Positions 10,383 through 20,089 of a stretch of DNA of 64,000 nt are shown piece by piece (within the stretch, counting starts at the first letter, position 1; the number at the start of each line of letters is the position of its first letter). Below the pieces are notes generated by a model. That model was not told the DNA's origin. It did not search any database and was given only the letters and a program-made list of their open reading frames with translations. Both the position numbers and the translations under genes were made by a program. The stretch spans positions 736,001-800,000 of the forward strand of contig OZ243961.1 in NCBI GenBank assembly GCA_965214605.1, written 5' to 3'. This DNA comes from an uncultured Candidatus Binatia bacterium. Lineage in GTDB: Bacteria; Desulfobacterota; Binatia; Bin18.

Positions 10383-10426
10383 TATACATGGCAACTCCAA
10401 CACCATAAGCAAAAGGAGGGGAGGAC

Positions 10427-11086
10427 ATGGGAGTTTTTAGCCGACTTGGCGATATCATTAGTTCCAACATCAACGCCATGCTAGACCGGGCCGAAGATCC
10501 GGAAAAAATGGTCCGGCTGATGATTCAAGAGATGGAGGATACCCTGGTCGAAATCAAGGCCTCGTGCGCGGGAGCGATGGCCGCTCAAAAGCGCATCCAG
10601 CGCGATTTACAACACGTTCACAACCGGATCACCGGCTGGGAGGACAAGGCGCAGCTCGCTGTCAGCAAGGACCGAGAGGATCTGGCCCGCGAGGCCCTGA
10701 TGGAAAAGCGGCGCTATCGCGAGCGGGCCAAAGCACTTGAAGAAGAGCTGCGCCACAGCGAAACCCTTATCAAGCAGTATCAGTCTGACATTGCGCAGCT
10801 CGACGATAAGCTCAGCACTGCCCGAGAGAAGCAGCGGATTCTCGTCCAACGCCACATCCGAGCTCAAAAGCAAAAGCGCGCTCATACCGACCTCCAACGC
10901 TTTGAGAACAACGCGGCGATGCTCCGCTTCGAGCAGTTTGAGAACCGTGTTGAGCGACTGGAAGCCGAAGCCGAGCTAGTCAACACCCGTCGTCAACCCA
11001 GCCTCGAAGAAGAGTTTGACCGGCTCGAAGGCGATGAGGAGATTGAGAAAGAGCTGGCTGCCCTCAAGGCCGCAGCACCCAACTAG
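10427..11086 (+). CDS. pspA: Phage shock protein PspA
   Basis: MGVFSRLGDIISSNINAMLDRAEDPEKMVRLMIQEMEDTLVE N-terminus, coiled coil, strong RBS. Confidence 0.97.
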   Translation: MGVFSRLGDIISSNINAMLDRAEDPEKMVRLMIQEMEDTLVEIKASCAGAMAAQKRIQRDLQHVHNRITGWEDKAQLAVSKDREDLAREALMEKRRYRERAKALEEELRHSETLIKQYQSDIAQLDDKLSTAREKQRILVQRHIRAQKQKRAHTDLQRFENNAAMLRFEQFENRVERLEAEAELVNTRRQPSLEEEFDRLEGDEEIEKELAALKAAAPN

Positions 11087-11097
11087 GAGGAGGTTGG

Positions 11098-11520
11098 ATG
11101 GACGCACTATACGCCTTTTCACCAACCGGCTGGAGCTATTTTATTGGAAGCTCTCTGTTAATAGGTGCTCTTGTTTTGTGCGCGGCGAAGGGGACGGCTA
11201 GGCAGAGAAAGTGGGACAACGGATATTTGTATGCTATTCTTCTCATGAATCTAAGCACGCTGCTGATATATCAGTTGGAGCCCTTCTTTTTTCTGCACTG
11301 GCCAGCCCTCGTCACGCTTCTTGCCATCCCCATCGGGTATTGGACGATCTCCGCCAACCGGCCTTGGCTGCTGGCGTATCCGATGTGTGTGGCTGTTAGC
11401 TCTTACACGTTCTGGAGGGATGGCGTAGTGGTGCTCATCGCTTTTGCTGTCAGAACAAGGAGTGTGGGTGAGATACTGACGACCAAACCACAGCTGCTCA
11501 AGGCGGGGGGGACGACATGA
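11098..11520 (+). CDS. Unknown multi-pass membrane protein inside the psp operon
   Basis: GGAGGAGG RBS, 3-4 hydrophobic segments, stop overlaps the next start (ATGA). Confidence 0.6.
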   Translation: MDALYAFSPTGWSYFIGSSLLIGALVLCAAKGTARQRKWDNGYLYAILLMNLSTLLIYQLEPFFFLHWPALVTLLAIPIGYWTISANRPWLLAYPMCVAVSSYTFWRDGVVVLIAFAVRTRSVGEILTTKPQLLKAGGTT

Positions 11521-11777
11521 ACACGGGGACCTTAGTGATTCTCCTCATCTTTGGCACCGGGTTTGTGGCGGTCGCCGGGGGGCTTGCCCTTGCGGCTCTC
11601 AAGATCCTCAAAGGCCGTCCCAACCGCTCCCGCCAGCTCGATAGTGACGAAACCAAACTTATGCAAGAGCTCTATCAGGGTCTCTCACGCCTGGAAGAAC
11701 GCGTGGAGGCTCTGGAGACGTTGGTGCTTGATCAGGACAGACCGGACACCCGCAAGCAACATTCCTTCACCCTCTAG
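11517..11777 (+). CDS. pspB: Phage shock protein PspB-like
   Basis: N-terminal TM helix followed by QELYQGLSRLEERVEALETLVLD; position in the operon. Confidence 0.8.
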   Translation: MNTGTLVILLIFGTGFVAVAGGLALAALKILKGRPNRSRQLDSDETKLMQELYQGLSRLEERVEALETLVLDQDRPDTRKQHSFTL

Positions 11778-11807
11778 AAACGCTGGTGCTTGATCAAGAC
11801 AGACTAG
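11712..11807 (+). repeat. Imperfect ~33-bp direct repeat (both copies encode LETLVLDQDR)
   Basis: ctggagacgttggtgcttgatcaggacagacc (from 11712) versus ctagaaacgctggtgcttgatcaagacagact (from 11774). Confidence 0.75.
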
Positions 11808-11821
11808 AAAGGAGTCCGGCT

Positions 11822-12208
11822 ATGACGTCTACCCGCTATCAGTCTCAGACCCATCTGTATCGCTCCCGGGACGGGATGATCTTGGGCGTATGTAAAGGCA
11901 TCGCCCACTATTTTGACTTCAGCGTGTTCTGGGTTCGGTGTGTGACGCTTGTCATGTTTCTGTTTTCCGGCTTTTGGCCACTAGGTGGAATCTACCTGCT
12001 TGCCGCCCTGCTGATGAAGCCCGCGCCGGTCATTCCGCTGGAAACCAGCGAAGAGCAGGAGTTCTACCACTCCTATGCCAGCTCACAGGGCCTGGCGCTG
12101 CAACGCCTGAAGCGCTGCTTTGACAAACTCGACCACCGTATCCAACGCCTCGAACACCAGGTCACGACTCGGGAGAGTGACTGGGAGCGCCGCTTTTACG
12201 CTTCCTAG
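11822..12208 (+). CDS. pspC: Phage shock protein PspC
   Basis: LYRSRDGMILGVCKGIAHYF PspC domain, TM segment, RIQRLEHQVTTRE C-terminus; AAGGAG RBS. Confidence 0.93.
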   Translation: MTSTRYQSQTHLYRSRDGMILGVCKGIAHYFDFSVFWVRCVTLVMFLFSGFWPLGGIYLLAALLMKPAPVIPLETSEEQEFYHSYASSQGLALQRLKRCFDKLDHRIQRLEHQVTTRESDWERRFYAS

Positions 12209-13241
12209 CTCACTCGGCTGCGGGGTTCGTGGCGGTTCCCTCAGCCAGACGCCAAGTCTTTGAACAGAAAAGGCGCCAGACCACCATCACGGCTGCGTCA
12301 AGGCCGGCCCTTAAAAAGGGGGCCATGAGCAAAGTGGACGACGCACCCGGAGCAATATGGGGGGCACGAGCCTGGGGGCGGACGCAAATAGAGGAGGTCC
12401 TGGGGATATCCCTGCGAGGACAATCCACGAGAGTCTGGGGGCGGCCCGTACGTCTGTCCGCGGTAAAATGGACAGCAGAACATCACCGTGTGAGTGAGAG
12501 AGACCCGCAGCCGGACTATGACTCCTGGCCGTTCGCCGCGTCCATGATATTCGTCCCGCCGCCGAGTACCGTATTCCGAGTTACGACCGCCCTGGCTTTG
12601 CTTTGGCCGCTCCGAGCACCGCTGTCGCCGGACTGCATGGCAGAGGCCGAAAGGGCACCTGGTTGAGCCGAATCGTCACGTCACCCACAGGCCCAGGGTG
12701 AGCGCAGCCAGTAGGCTTGGCCAGCACAGTCCAACACTAACAGGGCGGGAGTCCCGCGGCCAAGACATTGCTCCTCCGCCCACGGTGGTACGCTGTACCC
12801 GTGTCTTAAGCACCGTCACAGCCTGTTCCAAACCAGACGCCCAATGCATCGCTGGTAGCCTCTGCTCGTTGAGTAGGGACCGCAGAGAAGTTCAAGGTTC
12901 TGTCCCAACCCCACCGGACATTGTCCCCTCGGGAAAATACCCGGTGTCTAGAGCACAGAGGTAAAGTGTTGACGCAGGGCCTCGGCCAAAGACTTTCTCT
13001 GAGTCCGGCTGAGGAGGCAGCAGTCTGCCCGTGGTCGTATTAAATGAGTTTCGGCACGGCTGACCGCCGGCGGTTGAGCAGTCGGAACGGGCAAAGAGCT
13101 GCCGCACGCTCAGAGGCGGTGTCCTGAAAAGGCGGAGGATCGGGGATCTCTTCCCGTAAGCGCGGTCATCCAGGGGCTCGCACCACCATGAGCCCGACGA
13201 GAAGTGGCTTACCAAAACCTATCGCCATAAATACTCGGCCC

Positions 13242-14213
13242 CTAACCACCAAAATAACTCTTGGGATTCTCCACGGTCATGGTCCGAATCATGCCCTCGC
13301 CCACACCGGCTTTGCTGAGCTGGGGCAGAATATTTTTCATGATATGGGAGTAGCTCCAGTTGGGACAGGCTTCCATGAACTTTCCCCAGTCCTCACTCAC
13401 TCGACCCAGCCAGCAGCCGACGTGGTCGTGGGAGAGCATAATGCGATCAAAGCCGACCGCCAGCAGACCGATCAGCGAGGCCAGGCGCATCTTATCCGAG
13501 GCGATCGTTTCGATGCCAAAGCGATCAAAACCGATCCAGGCACCCCGCTCAAGGATATCGAAGTAGTAGCGCATGTCACCGACACCACAGGCATGGCCGA
13601 TCAGCACGCTGTTAAAATCTACCCCCTCCTCTTCAAACACGTCGAGCGTCTGACGCCCCAGCGGCCCGAGTTCGTCGTTGTGGCACAGGATCGGAACGCC
13701 GGTTGCTTTGTGCGCCCGGGCGGCGGCCCGCAAACAGGTTTCCTCGCATGGGGCGATGTCGGTCGCGGTCTCAGTCATACCCGGAATCCCTCCGGTTGCC
13801 GTCTTAATGATACCCGGCTTGATCCCGGTTTCATTCATGCCTTCGGCCAGCTCACGTTCATAGACCTCGGCGATAGCGTCGGCATCCAGGCTACGAAAAT
13901 GGGGTGGAATACCCAGGGCTTCGTTGTACAGGCCGGTTGCCATGATGATTTGCACGCCCGACTTTTCCGCAGCCTCAAGGGCGAACTCCGGGTCCCGCCC
14001 AAGCTCCATGGGACAGGGATCAACAATTGAGGTCACCCCCAGATCTTTGATCTCCTTGAGCTTATCGACGATGCTGGCCATTTCGCCTGGGCGGTCAAAG
14101 CTGGCATTGTCAAACTCCCAGCCGGGAAATCCGGCCGTGAGATGTTCGTGGATCAGAGTGAAGCCCAAGTCCTCGGGCGTACATGTACCGGTTACGGTGT
14201 GAATGGTCGGCAT
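13242..14213 (-). CDS. Phosphotriesterase-related metal-dependent hydrolase (lactonase-like)
   Basis: GFTLIHEHL, GIIKTAT, ILCH, IGH and MLSHD metal ligands. Confidence 0.9.
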   Translation of the reverse strand: MPTIHTVTGTCTPEDLGFTLIHEHLTAGFPGWEFDNASFDRPGEMASIVDKLKEIKDLGVTSIVDPCPMELGRDPEFALEAAEKSGVQIIMATGLYNEALGIPPHFRSLDADAIAEVYERELAEGMNETGIKPGIIKTATGGIPGMTETATDIAPCEETCLRAAARAHKATGVPILCHNDELGPLGRQTLDVFEEEGVDFNSVLIGHACGVGDMRYYFDILERGAWIGFDRFGIETIASDKMRLASLIGLLAVGFDRIMLSHDHVGCWLGRVSEDWGKFMEACPNWSYSHIMKNILPQLSKAGVGEGMIRTMTVENPKSYFGG

Positions 14214-14232
14214 ACATGGCTCCCTTCCTCAA

Positions 14233-14622
14233 TTAGAGATACTGCAAGAAATACAGATTATTGCCGTCAGGGTCTTTGAACCCCACAATCCGGGCTCCCC
14301 AGTCCTGATCTTCGGGTCTGCCCAGGAAGGTGATCCCCTTGGCCTGGCACTCGGTGTACGACCGGTTCACGTCTTCAACTAGGAAGCTGATATGATCCAG
14401 GCCGGGCGGATTATGGGCCAGACTGACTTGTCGCTGGACGGCTTGGGGAGCGGTCTGTTTGGTCTGAAACAGAAATAAGACAGCCGCCTCCGAGGTCATT
14501 GTACAGCCCTTCACCCCGGCCTCGTACTCATCGCCTTTGTGAAAACCCAACTTTTCGTAAAAGGCGACCGAACGCGCCAGATCAGTCACTGCCACTCCAA
14601 CGTTATCAATGCCTTTGAGCAT
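14233..14622 (-). CDS. VOC / glyoxalase family protein
   Basis: VAVTDLARSVAFYEKLGF, DHISFLVED and FKDPDGN motifs. Confidence 0.9.
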   Translation of the reverse strand: MLKGIDNVGVAVTDLARSVAFYEKLGFHKGDEYEAGVKGCTMTSEAAVLFLFQTKQTAPQAVQRQVSLAHNPPGLDHISFLVEDVNRSYTECQAKGITFLGRPEDQDWGARIVGFKDPDGNNLYFLQYL

Positions 14623-14642
14623 ACGCTTTCCTCCTTATGGAG

Positions 14643-15713
14643 TTACTGCAAGGACATGGAGTTTGTTTGCTCCCTCAGCTCTTTCCACACCGTGCCGATA
14701 ATCCGTACGGCGTCGTGGATCTGTTGCGCGGTCAGACCATAGTGAGTCACCGCCCGCAAACGTCCCTGGCCCAGGTCTCCGATCCTGACTCCGGCGTCGG
14801 CCAACCGGGCAACGAACACGCCCTCGTCAAGGGTGTTGTCCGCGATCCAAAAAATTACCAGATTGGTCTGGACGGTTTCCAGATCAACCTGTAGGTCGGG
14901 TAATTCGGCCAGCCCTTGGGCTAAAATCCGGGCGTTGGTGTGATCTTCTTCGAGTCGGTCAACCATTTCGGTCAGGGCCACAATGCCGGCCGCGGCAATA
15001 ATGCCGGCCTGGCGCATTCCGCCGCCGAGCATTTTACGGTAGCGCCGAGCCTGGGCGATAAATTCGGCGCTGCCACACACCAGCGACCCAACCGGGGCGG
15101 CTAAGCCCTTGGACAAACAGAACTGCACAGAGTCAGGCTGACGGACCAGTTCTTTGACCGCACAGCCATGGGCCACCGCCGCATTAAAAATCCGTGAGCC
15201 ATCTAGATGAATCGGCAGGCTGAGGCGATCGGCCAACGCTCGGACCGACTCCAGATAGGGCACTGACAAGACCGTGCCACCACATCGATTGTGGGTATTT
15301 TCCAGACACACCACCCCGGCCGGAGCAGCATGAATATCGCTGGCGGCCGGACGAATCGCCCGCTCCAGATCACCAACGGCCAGCTCGCCAAACCGTCCGG
15401 TTGGCACCGGGTGCAGCACGCATCCGCCCAAAGCCGATACCCCACCCGCCTCATAGTGGTAGATGTGCGCCTGATCGCCCACAATCACCTCTGCGCCGCG
15501 CCGACAGTGGCTCAGTACAGAGACGAGATTACCCATCGTCCCGCTGGCCACCAGCAGCGCGGCCTCTTTGCCCAGCAATTCGGCTGCGAAGGCTTCAAGG
15601 CGGTTGACGCTGGGGTCTTCAGACATGACGTCGTCGCCCAATTCGGCCTGAGCGATGGCCTGACGCATGGCCGGGCTGGGCAGGGTGACAGTGTCGCTGC
15701 GCAGATCGATCAT
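14643..15713 (-). CDS. ltaE: Low-specificity L-threonine aldolase
   Basis: MIDLRSDTVT start; SGTMGN, HLDGSRIFNA and CLSKGL (PLP lysine) motifs. Confidence 0.93.
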   Translation of the reverse strand: MIDLRSDTVTLPSPAMRQAIAQAELGDDVMSEDPSVNRLEAFAAELLGKEAALLVASGTMGNLVSVLSHCRRGAEVIVGDQAHIYHYEAGGVSALGGCVLHPVPTGRFGELAVGDLERAIRPAASDIHAAPAGVVCLENTHNRCGGTVLSVPYLESVRALADRLSLPIHLDGSRIFNAAVAHGCAVKELVRQPDSVQFCLSKGLAAPVGSLVCGSAEFIAQARRYRKMLGGGMRQAGIIAAAGIVALTEMVDRLEEDHTNARILAQGLAELPDLQVDLETVQTNLVIFWIADNTLDEGVFVARLADAGVRIGDLGQGRLRAVTHYGLTAQQIHDAVRIIGTVWKELREQTNSMSLQ

Positions 15714-15717
15714 ACCC

Positions 15718-16134
15718 CTACCTCCGTCCACGCACTTTCTCGATCTGGCGTCGCTCGCGCTTGGTCGGTCGGCCCGTGCGGTGGGGCCGGAACTGGGGCG
15801 GTACGAAGACGCTCCGCTCCTCCCGAGGCGGGGGAGGCGGGGAGTGATCTTCGTACAACAGACGTGCCTCAGAAGCCGGGCCACGACGCTCGGCTAGGGC
15901 GATGACCGTGAACTCTTTGCGACCCGCCGGATGGGTGACGCTTACCGCGTCGGTAACCCGGACTAGCTTGTGCGGTTTGGCGTTATGTCCGTTGACCTTG
16001 ACCTTACCCCCACCGCAGGCTTCGGCGGCCAGCGAGCGACTTTTGTATAAGCGGGTGGCCCACAGCCAGCGATCGATGCGAACGGCGGGGACGGCTTGGG
16101 TCGCCTGGACCGGAGCGGCCGAACGGTTGGCCAT
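15718..16134 (-). CDS. hslR: S4-domain RNA-binding heat shock protein 15
   Basis: RIDRWLWATRLYKSRSLA and GRPTKRERR motifs. Confidence 0.9.
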   Translation of the reverse strand: MANRSAAPVQATQAVPAVRIDRWLWATRLYKSRSLAAEACGGGKVKVNGHNAKPHKLVRVTDAVSVTHPAGRKEFTVIALAERRGPASEARLLYEDHSPPPPPREERSVFVPPQFRPHRTGRPTKRERRQIEKVRGRR

Positions 16135-16138
16135 TGGC

Positions 16139-17119
16139 TCAGCTCCCAAAGGCGTTGAGCACGGCCTTGATGCCGGCGTCATAATCGCCGTCTATCGCCG
16201 TCGGATAGAGCACCACATAGGACGCTCCGCTTTTCTCAAATTCTTCGACCTTGTCCCGACAGGCCTGGGGCGAGCCAAGCGCGGCAACCTGGGTTGCCAT
16301 GGCGTCAGAAACGGCGGCCGCGGCCGCGAGCGGATCGTTCTTTTCCCATGCAGCGGCGATAGCGGCGGCTTCGGTCTCGTAGCCCTGACGAGCGAACAGA
16401 CGATTATAGTACGGCATCCGGCCATAGAACGACAAGGTCTGTTTGACCGAGCGCAGGGCAACCGCTTGGTCGTCGCACACACAGCAGTGCATAATCAGCG
16501 CGATCCGCACCTCCGCGGCAGACCGGCCGGCCTTCTTGGCACCCTGAGCGATACCGTCAACAACCTCGCGCAAGCCGTGCGGCGCATAATTGAGAGGCAG
16601 GCTGCCATCGGCCAACTCTCCTGTCACTCCGATGCTGCGGGGCGAAATACCGGCCACATAAATCGGAATCTTACCGGCGGGGCGTGGGGCGGCAATCCCC
16701 CGCGCGGCCATGGCTGCCAAGGCTTCGTCCTCACCCCGAAAAATCTTGGACAGGCTTGAGATATACTCACGCAGCGCAGTCAGAGGTTTGTCCATGCTAA
16801 TGCCAAAAGCCGCGTTGACCGGTACATGGCTGGTGCCCAAACCGAGCAGCATGCGGCCGGGGGCCAGCTGATCGATGGTCATCACGTGCAAAGCCGTCAG
16901 TAAGGGATGACGGAGGTAGAGATTGGTAATGCCGGTGCCAACCTGAATCTTTGTAGTCTGGCTGACAAAATGCTGGGCTAGGGCTAGCGAATCGGTCATC
17001 GACTCGGTGACTAGGAAATTGCGCAAACCGATCGTTTCGGCTTGTTTGGCGTAGTCGGTCAGCTTGTCGATATTACCAGGCGCCATATTGCTCATGAGCA
17101 AAAGTCCGGGGGTCTGCAT
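16139..17119 (-). CDS. LLM-class flavin/F420-dependent oxidoreductase
   Basis: TTKIQVGTGITN, LAPGRMLLGLG, IPIYVAG and GELADG motifs. Confidence 0.88.
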   Translation of the reverse strand: MQTPGLLLMSNMAPGNIDKLTDYAKQAETIGLRNFLVTESMTDSLALAQHFVSQTTKIQVGTGITNLYLRHPLLTALHVMTIDQLAPGRMLLGLGTSHVPVNAAFGISMDKPLTALREYISSLSKIFRGEDEALAAMAARGIAAPRPAGKIPIYVAGISPRSIGVTGELADGSLPLNYAPHGLREVVDGIAQGAKKAGRSAAEVRIALIMHCCVCDDQAVALRSVKQTLSFYGRMPYYNRLFARQGYETEAAAIAAAWEKNDPLAAAAAVSDAMATQVAALGSPQACRDKVEEFEKSGASYVVLYPTAIDGDYDAGIKAVLNAFGS

Positions 17120-17261
17120 AGGCTCCTCCTTTGCTGCTGATTTCAAATCATAAGCCCAACGGAACTGCAACACGGGCTCGGGGCAACAAAAAAATTGTTG
17201 CCGTTCTCATCCCAGCATGGTAGCGTCGCTCCTCAGTCTTGACACCGAGCGGGGGGACGCT

Positions 17262-18428
17262 ATGGATGCGAAAGCCGGAGCCCGAGAACGCTTTGAGAGT
17301 GTGCGTGCTGATCTCATTGAGCTCAGCCGCCGGATTCACGCCAACCCGGAGTTGGGGTACGAGGAAGAAAAAGCCGCGGCTTGGCTATCGGAGACCCTGG
17401 CCGACGCGGGTTTTCAGGTTGAGAGGGGCATTTGTGATATGCCGACCGCATTTGTCGCTCGGGCGGGCAGCGGACCGCTGCATATTGGGATCTGTGCCGA
17501 GTACGACTGTCTGCCCGAGATCGGCCATGCCTGCGGACATAATATCATTGCCGCCATGGGCGTTGGGGCGGGGATTGCCGCAGCCAAGATTGCCGATGAG
17601 GTCGGACTCACGGTGAGTGTGATCGGGACGCCGGCCGAAGAGGTGTGCGACGGCGGTGGGAAGATCCTGCTCTTAGAGCGTGGCGGCTTTAGCGGGCTAC
17701 ACGCGGCCATGATGGTGCATCCGGCTCCCATGGACATTGTGGAGTTTCCGATTATTGCTGCCTCCATGTTTGACGTGTGTTACACCGGCAAAGAAGCCCA
17801 CGCCTCGGCTTTTCCCGAACGCGGCATCAACGCCGCCGACGCGCTGACCGTTGCCCAAACAGCAATCGGTCTGCTGCGCCAGCACATTCGTTCCAGCGAC
17901 CGTATTCACGGCATTATTACCAAAGGTGGGGACGCGCCGAACGTCATTCCGGCCCGTACCACAGCCCGTTATATCGTGCGGGCCAAGACGATTGAAGACC
18001 TCGCCGAGATCAAGGAGAAAGTCCGGCGCTGTTTTGAAGCCGGTGCTCTGGCAACCGGCTCCGGCCTAGAGATCGTTGGCGGTGAGAAACCGTACGCCGA
18101 AATGCACCACGACCCAGATATCGCCGCCGCCTACCAGCGCAATGCCGAAGCCCTTGGCCGCAGCTTCCCGGATTTGGGACCCAACCTGGAAAAATCAGCC
18201 GGCTCAACCGACATGGGCAATGTTTCGCTGGCTCTACCGTCTATTCACCCGGCCATTGGCATTGACTCGTTACCGGCTGTCAACCATCAGCCCGAATTTG
18301 CCGCCCACTGCATTAGCCCGGCCGCCGAGAAAGCGCTAATTGACGGCTCGCTTGCTATGGCATGGACCGCGGTCGATCTGGCTACGGAGAGCAAAGTTCG
18401 GCAGCGCTTGTTGAGCAAAAGAATCTAG
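17262..18428 (+). CDS. M20 family amidohydrolase/metallopeptidase (AbgB-like)
   Basis: HANPELGYEE, EYDCLP, GHACGHN, GTPAEE and GSTDMGNVS motifs. Confidence 0.9.
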   Translation: MDAKAGARERFESVRADLIELSRRIHANPELGYEEEKAAAWLSETLADAGFQVERGICDMPTAFVARAGSGPLHIGICAEYDCLPEIGHACGHNIIAAMGVGAGIAAAKIADEVGLTVSVIGTPAEEVCDGGGKILLLERGGFSGLHAAMMVHPAPMDIVEFPIIAASMFDVCYTGKEAHASAFPERGINAADALTVAQTAIGLLRQHIRSSDRIHGIITKGGDAPNVIPARTTARYIVRAKTIEDLAEIKEKVRRCFEAGALATGSGLEIVGGEKPYAEMHHDPDIAAAYQRNAEALGRSFPDLGPNLEKSAGSTDMGNVSLALPSIHPAIGIDSLPAVNHQPEFAAHCISPAAEKALIDGSLAMAWTAVDLATESKVRQRLLSKRI

Positions 18429-18446
18429 GCGGAGGGCGCCCGGTCG

Positions 18447-19157
18447 TCAGCGAAACAGTCCGGCCTTGGGCCAAAACCGACCATAGATATTTTCGTATAT
18501 CTCTCCATTTAAAAAGATGTCGGTAAAGGGGCTGGCGTCGGGGGCCATGAGATACAGCAAACACACTGCCCCGACCATCGCGGCCGAGACACCGAGATTG
18601 TTGTACTCAATGACTTTGAGCGCCGTGCCAAACGAACGCTTGAGCCGCGTGCTCATAAAATCCACGCTAAAGATCTCGTCTAGGAGCAGATGGATCGTAT
18701 AGCCGCAGCACACGAAGGTGCCAAGGATCCACGCAAAAAGCGGGCTACAGGCAAAGACTACATAGCTCAGGTTGGTCATCAACAACCCAAAAAACAGTCC
18801 GGCCGCCAGCGAATGAAAAATCCCACGATGGACGGTGAAGCTGGTAAAGACGAGCCAAACCGGGTAACGGATAAAGGCATAGACAAGCAGCCACAACAAC
18901 CACAGTTCAAGAGTGGAGTACTGCTCAACATGGGCGAAGACAACGAGGAAGGCAGCCACAAAACCCAAGACAGTGAAGAGAATTTTAATCGGACTGGAAT
19001 GATCTGAGTCAATATCGGGCAGAATCCCGCCCAGGGTTCCGACCACCGACAGAGTAATTACCTCGCCCGGACTGGCCACTTCAGCCCCTAGGCAAACCGT
19101 GGCCAACAGCCCACTACCAACAGCAGCCACCGTCACGTGGGTCCGAAAATTCGCCAT
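18447..19157 (-). CDS. Membrane-bound metal-dependent hydrolase (YdjM-like)
   Basis: MANFRTH, LPDIDS, HRGIFHS and HLLLDE motifs with TM helices. Confidence 0.85.
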   Translation of the reverse strand: MANFRTHVTVAAVGSGLLATVCLGAEVASPGEVITLSVVGTLGGILPDIDSDHSSPIKILFTVLGFVAAFLVVFAHVEQYSTLELWLLWLLVYAFIRYPVWLVFTSFTVHRGIFHSLAAGLFFGLLMTNLSYVVFACSPLFAWILGTFVCCGYTIHLLLDEIFSVDFMSTRLKRSFGTALKVIEYNNLGVSAAMVGAVCLLYLMAPDASPFTDIFLNGEIYENIYGRFWPKAGLFR

Positions 19158-19159
19158 TT

Positions 19160-19699
19160 TTACTTTTTTCTCAATCCTACCAGCAGGCCAAGAGCGGCCA
19201 CACCAGCGGTCGGGATATTCTCAACGATAAACTCACGGAAACTGCCGGCGTGTGGCTGCATCCAGGCCATCAACGCATTGTAATATCCCTCTATGCCGAG
19301 CCAATTCACATCAATAAGATCGACATACTGCAGACCAAACAGGATCAGCAACAGACCACCGGCAAACAGTGCGACAATCTTCAGAAAGGAAGCCAAGGCG
19401 TAGCCGATACTAAACCCGGCCACGAAGCTGAAACCGAGCTGCATTATTGGCCCGCCCCACTCGTGGAGGTAGTCCCCGAGAGGTGAATCGAGATCGTCAC
19501 GCAGTGCGGGCTCGGCTATCTCGGCCGCTCCAAGCGCGGCCTGATTCGAAAGATCGTCTGCCAGTTCAGCCAGACCGTGTCCGCCAAGAGCCGAAAATCC
19601 AAGAACAAGGACAAGGCCAAAGAGCACTCTAGTGGCTCTCGCTGCATGACAGTGTGGTGGATCTTGTAACGGACGACTCTCGTTGTGCCCTGCGCTCAT
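19160..19699 (-). CDS. FUN14-domain membrane protein with N-terminal extension
   Basis: QLGFSFVAGFSIGYAL..FLK....GG......LQY..LIDVNW motif. Confidence 0.75.
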   Translation of the reverse strand: MSAGHNESRPLQDPPHCHAARATRVLFGLVLVLGFSALGGHGLAELADDLSNQAALGAAEIAEPALRDDLDSPLGDYLHEWGGPIMQLGFSFVAGFSIGYALASFLKIVALFAGGLLLILFGLQYVDLIDVNWLGIEGYYNALMAWMQPHAGSFREFIVENIPTAGVAALGLLVGLRKK

Positions 19700-20089
19700 C
19701 CTCAACCCCTCCGGCTGTCCGCTTATACCTTGCCAGAATACCGACCTTTGGAGACAATAGCCAGTAGGGAGCCCGCCCCCGGAGGGAGGTGCTTGCCCCG
19801 AGGTGGCAAGCGCCGCCTCACGCGGCAAACCGGCCCATCCCGGCAAACGACCGTCGGACTTGGTCTCTGCGGGAGTCAGCATGGAGAGTTCCTGCAGCCC
19901 CAGAGCTCTCTACGCCCAGCCGATATATTCTTTGTTCAAATTAGGACAAAAGCACGGTATTCGGCCGGGGCGGCAGTATCGAGATTGAATCGCTTGACAC
20001 AGTGTCGGGGGGCTGCCATGTTCGGCCCATAGAATGGTACATAACGACGCCTAGCAAGGACCAACCAGCCCGTACACAAAGGAGTTGCC

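Noticed and set aside
12229-13215. ORFs of 145, 88 and 107 aa in the post-psp gap
   Set aside because: No RBS, no recognisable motifs and atypical composition; not called as genes.
19790-19900. c-di-GMP-I riboswitch-like GGCAAAC motif and hairpin
   Set aside because: Lacks the GAAA tetraloop/receptor and GCAAAGC elements; spacing does not fit.
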